From assembly GCA_044892525.1 (NCBI GenBank), contig CM097888.1, positions 84,568,001 to 84,632,000 on the forward strand: 64,000 nucleotides of DNA, read 5' to 3'. Shown here in pieces: positions 61,100 through 64,000 of this stretch. Source of the stretch: Schmidtea polychroa (lineage: Eukaryota). Every line of letters starts with the position of its first letter. Position 1 is the stretch's first letter. The translations under genes were made by a program, and so were the position numbers. Under the pieces are notes generated by a model. That model saw only the letters and a program-made list of their open reading frames with translations, was not told where the DNA came from and searched no databases.

Positions 61100-63085
61100 A
61101 AGCCAACACAGGAGAATAAGGTGAAAGTCTCACCAATTTTAGAGAAATAGAGGAATATCGAAGGAAAAACGAGTGGCATTCAGAACAATTTGATCAAGTA
61201 ATCAGAAAGTGGAAAAACCAGGAATGGGCATAATGAAGCCCATAGAAAGATAAAATCAAAGTGTGCTATTCCAATCAAAAAAGTTCGAGAATTAAAGAAG
61301 AAACTAGCCTATGAAACTCCATTCCACTTTCAGCTGCATGGATGATCGTTAGATAATAATTTGGATATCGGAGTAACGACCATGTCACTTGACGAAACGA
61401 ACGTGTTGACAATGACTGAGACATTGGGAATACCATTACAAAGAAAAGTTCCAGAGGAAAATTTGACCAAAGGGAGTTTGAGTACACCCAGCTCAGTGAA
61501 GAAAACGGAACGGTCTCTAGAACCGGCAATAGAGGATGAATTAATGATATTGAGTGACAGCGCAGATTAGGACGAAACAATGTCACCGCTAATAGTTAAA
61601 TTGCCAACAAAAATTAAGAAAAGAGAAGTGAATTAACCATCAACTAGCTATTCCAAGGACAACCTATATGATGAGCAAGAACCACTAGAAATCACTACAG
61701 AGACGGAAACAGAATTCAAGGAGTCCAACCCAGTAAATGACGGCTCCGGAAATGCACTAATGAATTGGAATTATCATATAAAAGTCACACGAGATTTATA
61801 CAGCCAGTAACAATAATTATAAACCCAGTAGGATTTCGCCCGAATCAATTAAATTTCAGTAATGTATATGGACCATTATTTCAAATACCTGATGGAAAAG
61901 GGGTGATGTTACCAGTACGATCAGAGGTCAGGGAACCAAAGAAATTTGGATTGTCTGAATTGGCAACAGGACAGGATTTTCGACCAATCCACATATCCAA
62001 CAGTGGTATGTATTTAAGCTAAGACTTAGAAGCGGCTAGATTAAACGTCTTGTTTCCAGCCCAGTGAGACTCCATCCTGTCAAACATGGTAACAATAACA
62101 GGAATAACGAATTATCAGCAAAGGTCCGAATTATGAACTATTATTGTCACCAAACCACTTTCAACAAGCCACTTCAAACATGATGAAAAGCCATGTGGGG
62201 TAGATTCTTAACTTTTGGATAAATGATGGCCGGAATATTAGGTATTATACTGATAATACAGATGTACATGTAATACATACTCAAATGTCAGCTTGCTTTG
62301 ATATTTATAAAAGGGAAAAGAAAGTCAACAGGAAAATGATAGTAGGATTTTTACCATTCTTAGCAAAAACACCGATTAAAAAGATTGATAGAACTGCTAG
62401 CAAAGATAAAAGGCTCAGACGAGGAAGTGGGAAGGAAAATTTGGAAAGCCATGTACGATGAAGCTACAAGAAAGAAGCTAAAATAAAACAAAAAAGGACT
62501 GGGAGAGAGAATAAAAGGTTCTCAATTGGATAATGATCCACGAGGATAGGGAGAATAATAACGGTGTAACCAGTACAAAACAGATTGAAGAACCTCAGTA
62601 TTCGGAGAGTAATAAATGAGAGTAATCCAGGAGTAACAATGGCAGATCCACGACACCATCTCAGACCGCAAGCAACCACTATGGGCACCAGAATGATTCT
62701 AATGACAAATATGTAGCCTCCACTACCAAACTATGTGAAATTGGACCTTATCCCTGTAAGAAGAACGCATAGTATGAATCCGGACGATGTCATCAGAACA
62801 ATTGCCGCAATGAATACGCTAGGTAGACCAGCCGTGATGGTCACAATTCACGTGAACGGTAAGGAAACTAACGCAATGATAGACACAGGTGAAAACGTAT
62901 CAGCAATAGCCATAAATCAAATACAAGGTCGACTATGGAAAGACATCGAATCGACAATGATTCACGTTATTGTATGTAGCAAAGAGACAGTAGATGTTGT
63001 TGGTCGGTGTTGGCCAAAATTGAAATAGAGAGACAAAGAAATCGACACCTACTTAGCCGTGATACCTAAATTGAGTGTGCAATGC
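61100..63085 (+). pseudogene. Degenerate Gypsy-like gag-protease remnant
   Basis: Retropepsin motif VNGKETNAMIDTGENVSAI at 62735-63028; upstream purine-rich broken ORFs. Confidence 0.65.
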
Positions 63086-63086
63086 A

Positions 63087-64000
63087 TAGGGGATCTGACC
63101 CCACCCGACTCGAGCCCGAACCCGACAGTTTTCAACTCTTTTTTAAAACTCAAAACCCGACCATAAAAACTTTCCGCGTTCGAGTTTTAATTATTAAAAA
63201 ATAAACCTTGAATGGTTAACATGAATCTTACTTTGAGTTTATTAATTTACACAAAATAGTAAAGTTTAGCTTTTCAATGTTTAAATTTTAACAACTAATA
63301 ATGAAAAGTTTTCTCGAAATCAGTTAATTAATATAATTAAAAAGCCTTTTACATAACTAGCAAATTTTATCTTATTCGGGCGCTATTTATTTGGCATTTT
63401 AATATCTCAAAATTACTGTTTTAAAACTATGAGTCGTTTGTTTTAATTTAAACCAATAAAGTATTGTTTTTATTTGCTTTTGACTTTTTAGAAAAATTTG
63501 ACAAGCACAATGTCAAACAAGAAACAATCTGGAGTTTGGAAACACTTTAAATCTGGCAGTGATAAAGATACAACAAATTGCGATTTTTGTTCATTACTAA
63601 TGAGCTGCAAACAAAGCAACATGTCTGCAATGAAAAGACATTTAATCACTCAGCCTGACATCGTTGTCACCCAATCAACCAAGGAAGATCAGCAAACAAA
63701 GAAAACCAAAGAAAAAATTAGAAACATTGAATCATTCATTAAAAAGATAACGTTGGAAGAAATCATAGCGAAGTTGGAAGCAACGGATGGAATTTCGATC
63801 AGAACAATTGCAAGGTCTAAGGGAATTATAACAGAAATATCATCCCAAGGCTTAAATCTACCCAAAAGTGAGTCCTGCATGATACAACTTGTCCATAATT
63901 TCGCTGAAAGCAGGAAAGTAGATGGATTGATCACCGTTGGATCATATAGCCCCGGTAGAAAAAAATTTGAACTTTTTTGTCAAGGTCAAATTAAAAAAAA
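63087..64000 (+). mobile_element. 5' part of a hAT-like transposon with BED-finger transposase ORF from 63510
   Basis: TAGGGG start followed by CCCGAC/CCCGAA subterminal repeats. ORF MSNKKQSGVWKHF...CDFC...MKRHL (BED finger), then LEEIIAKLEATDGIS...LPKS. Confidence 0.65.

Overview
AT-rich eukaryotic (metazoan-like) draft scaffold with three N gaps and very short GT-AG introns (mostly 39-50 bp), suggesting a compact, possibly parasitic invertebrate genome (inference). Three recognisable host genes are present: a dynamin-related Drp1/DNM1L, a TASOR/FAM208-like gene and a CoREST/RCOR-like gene. They sit among dense, nested mobile DNA: Ty3/Gypsy-type LTR elements and solo LTRs, a BEL/Pao element, a fragmented Polinton/adintovirus-like element, three hAT elements, an apparently intact piggyBac plus two piggyBac MITEs, a MULE remnant and a non-LTR RT fragment. 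The most unusual object is the BEL/Pao derivative at 23459->28734. It has two ubiquitin units fused in frame to Gag, a DUSP12 fragment apparently inside its 5' LTR, a different ORF at the same junction of its 3' LTR, and an acidic ORF in place of RT/RNase H/integrase. Also notable are a gag-only element bracketed by inverted 1.6-kb LTRs and a Polinton with a host-sized intron in its integrase and an adjacent TBP-like gene. All family assignments come from motif recognition by eye; no database searches were run.
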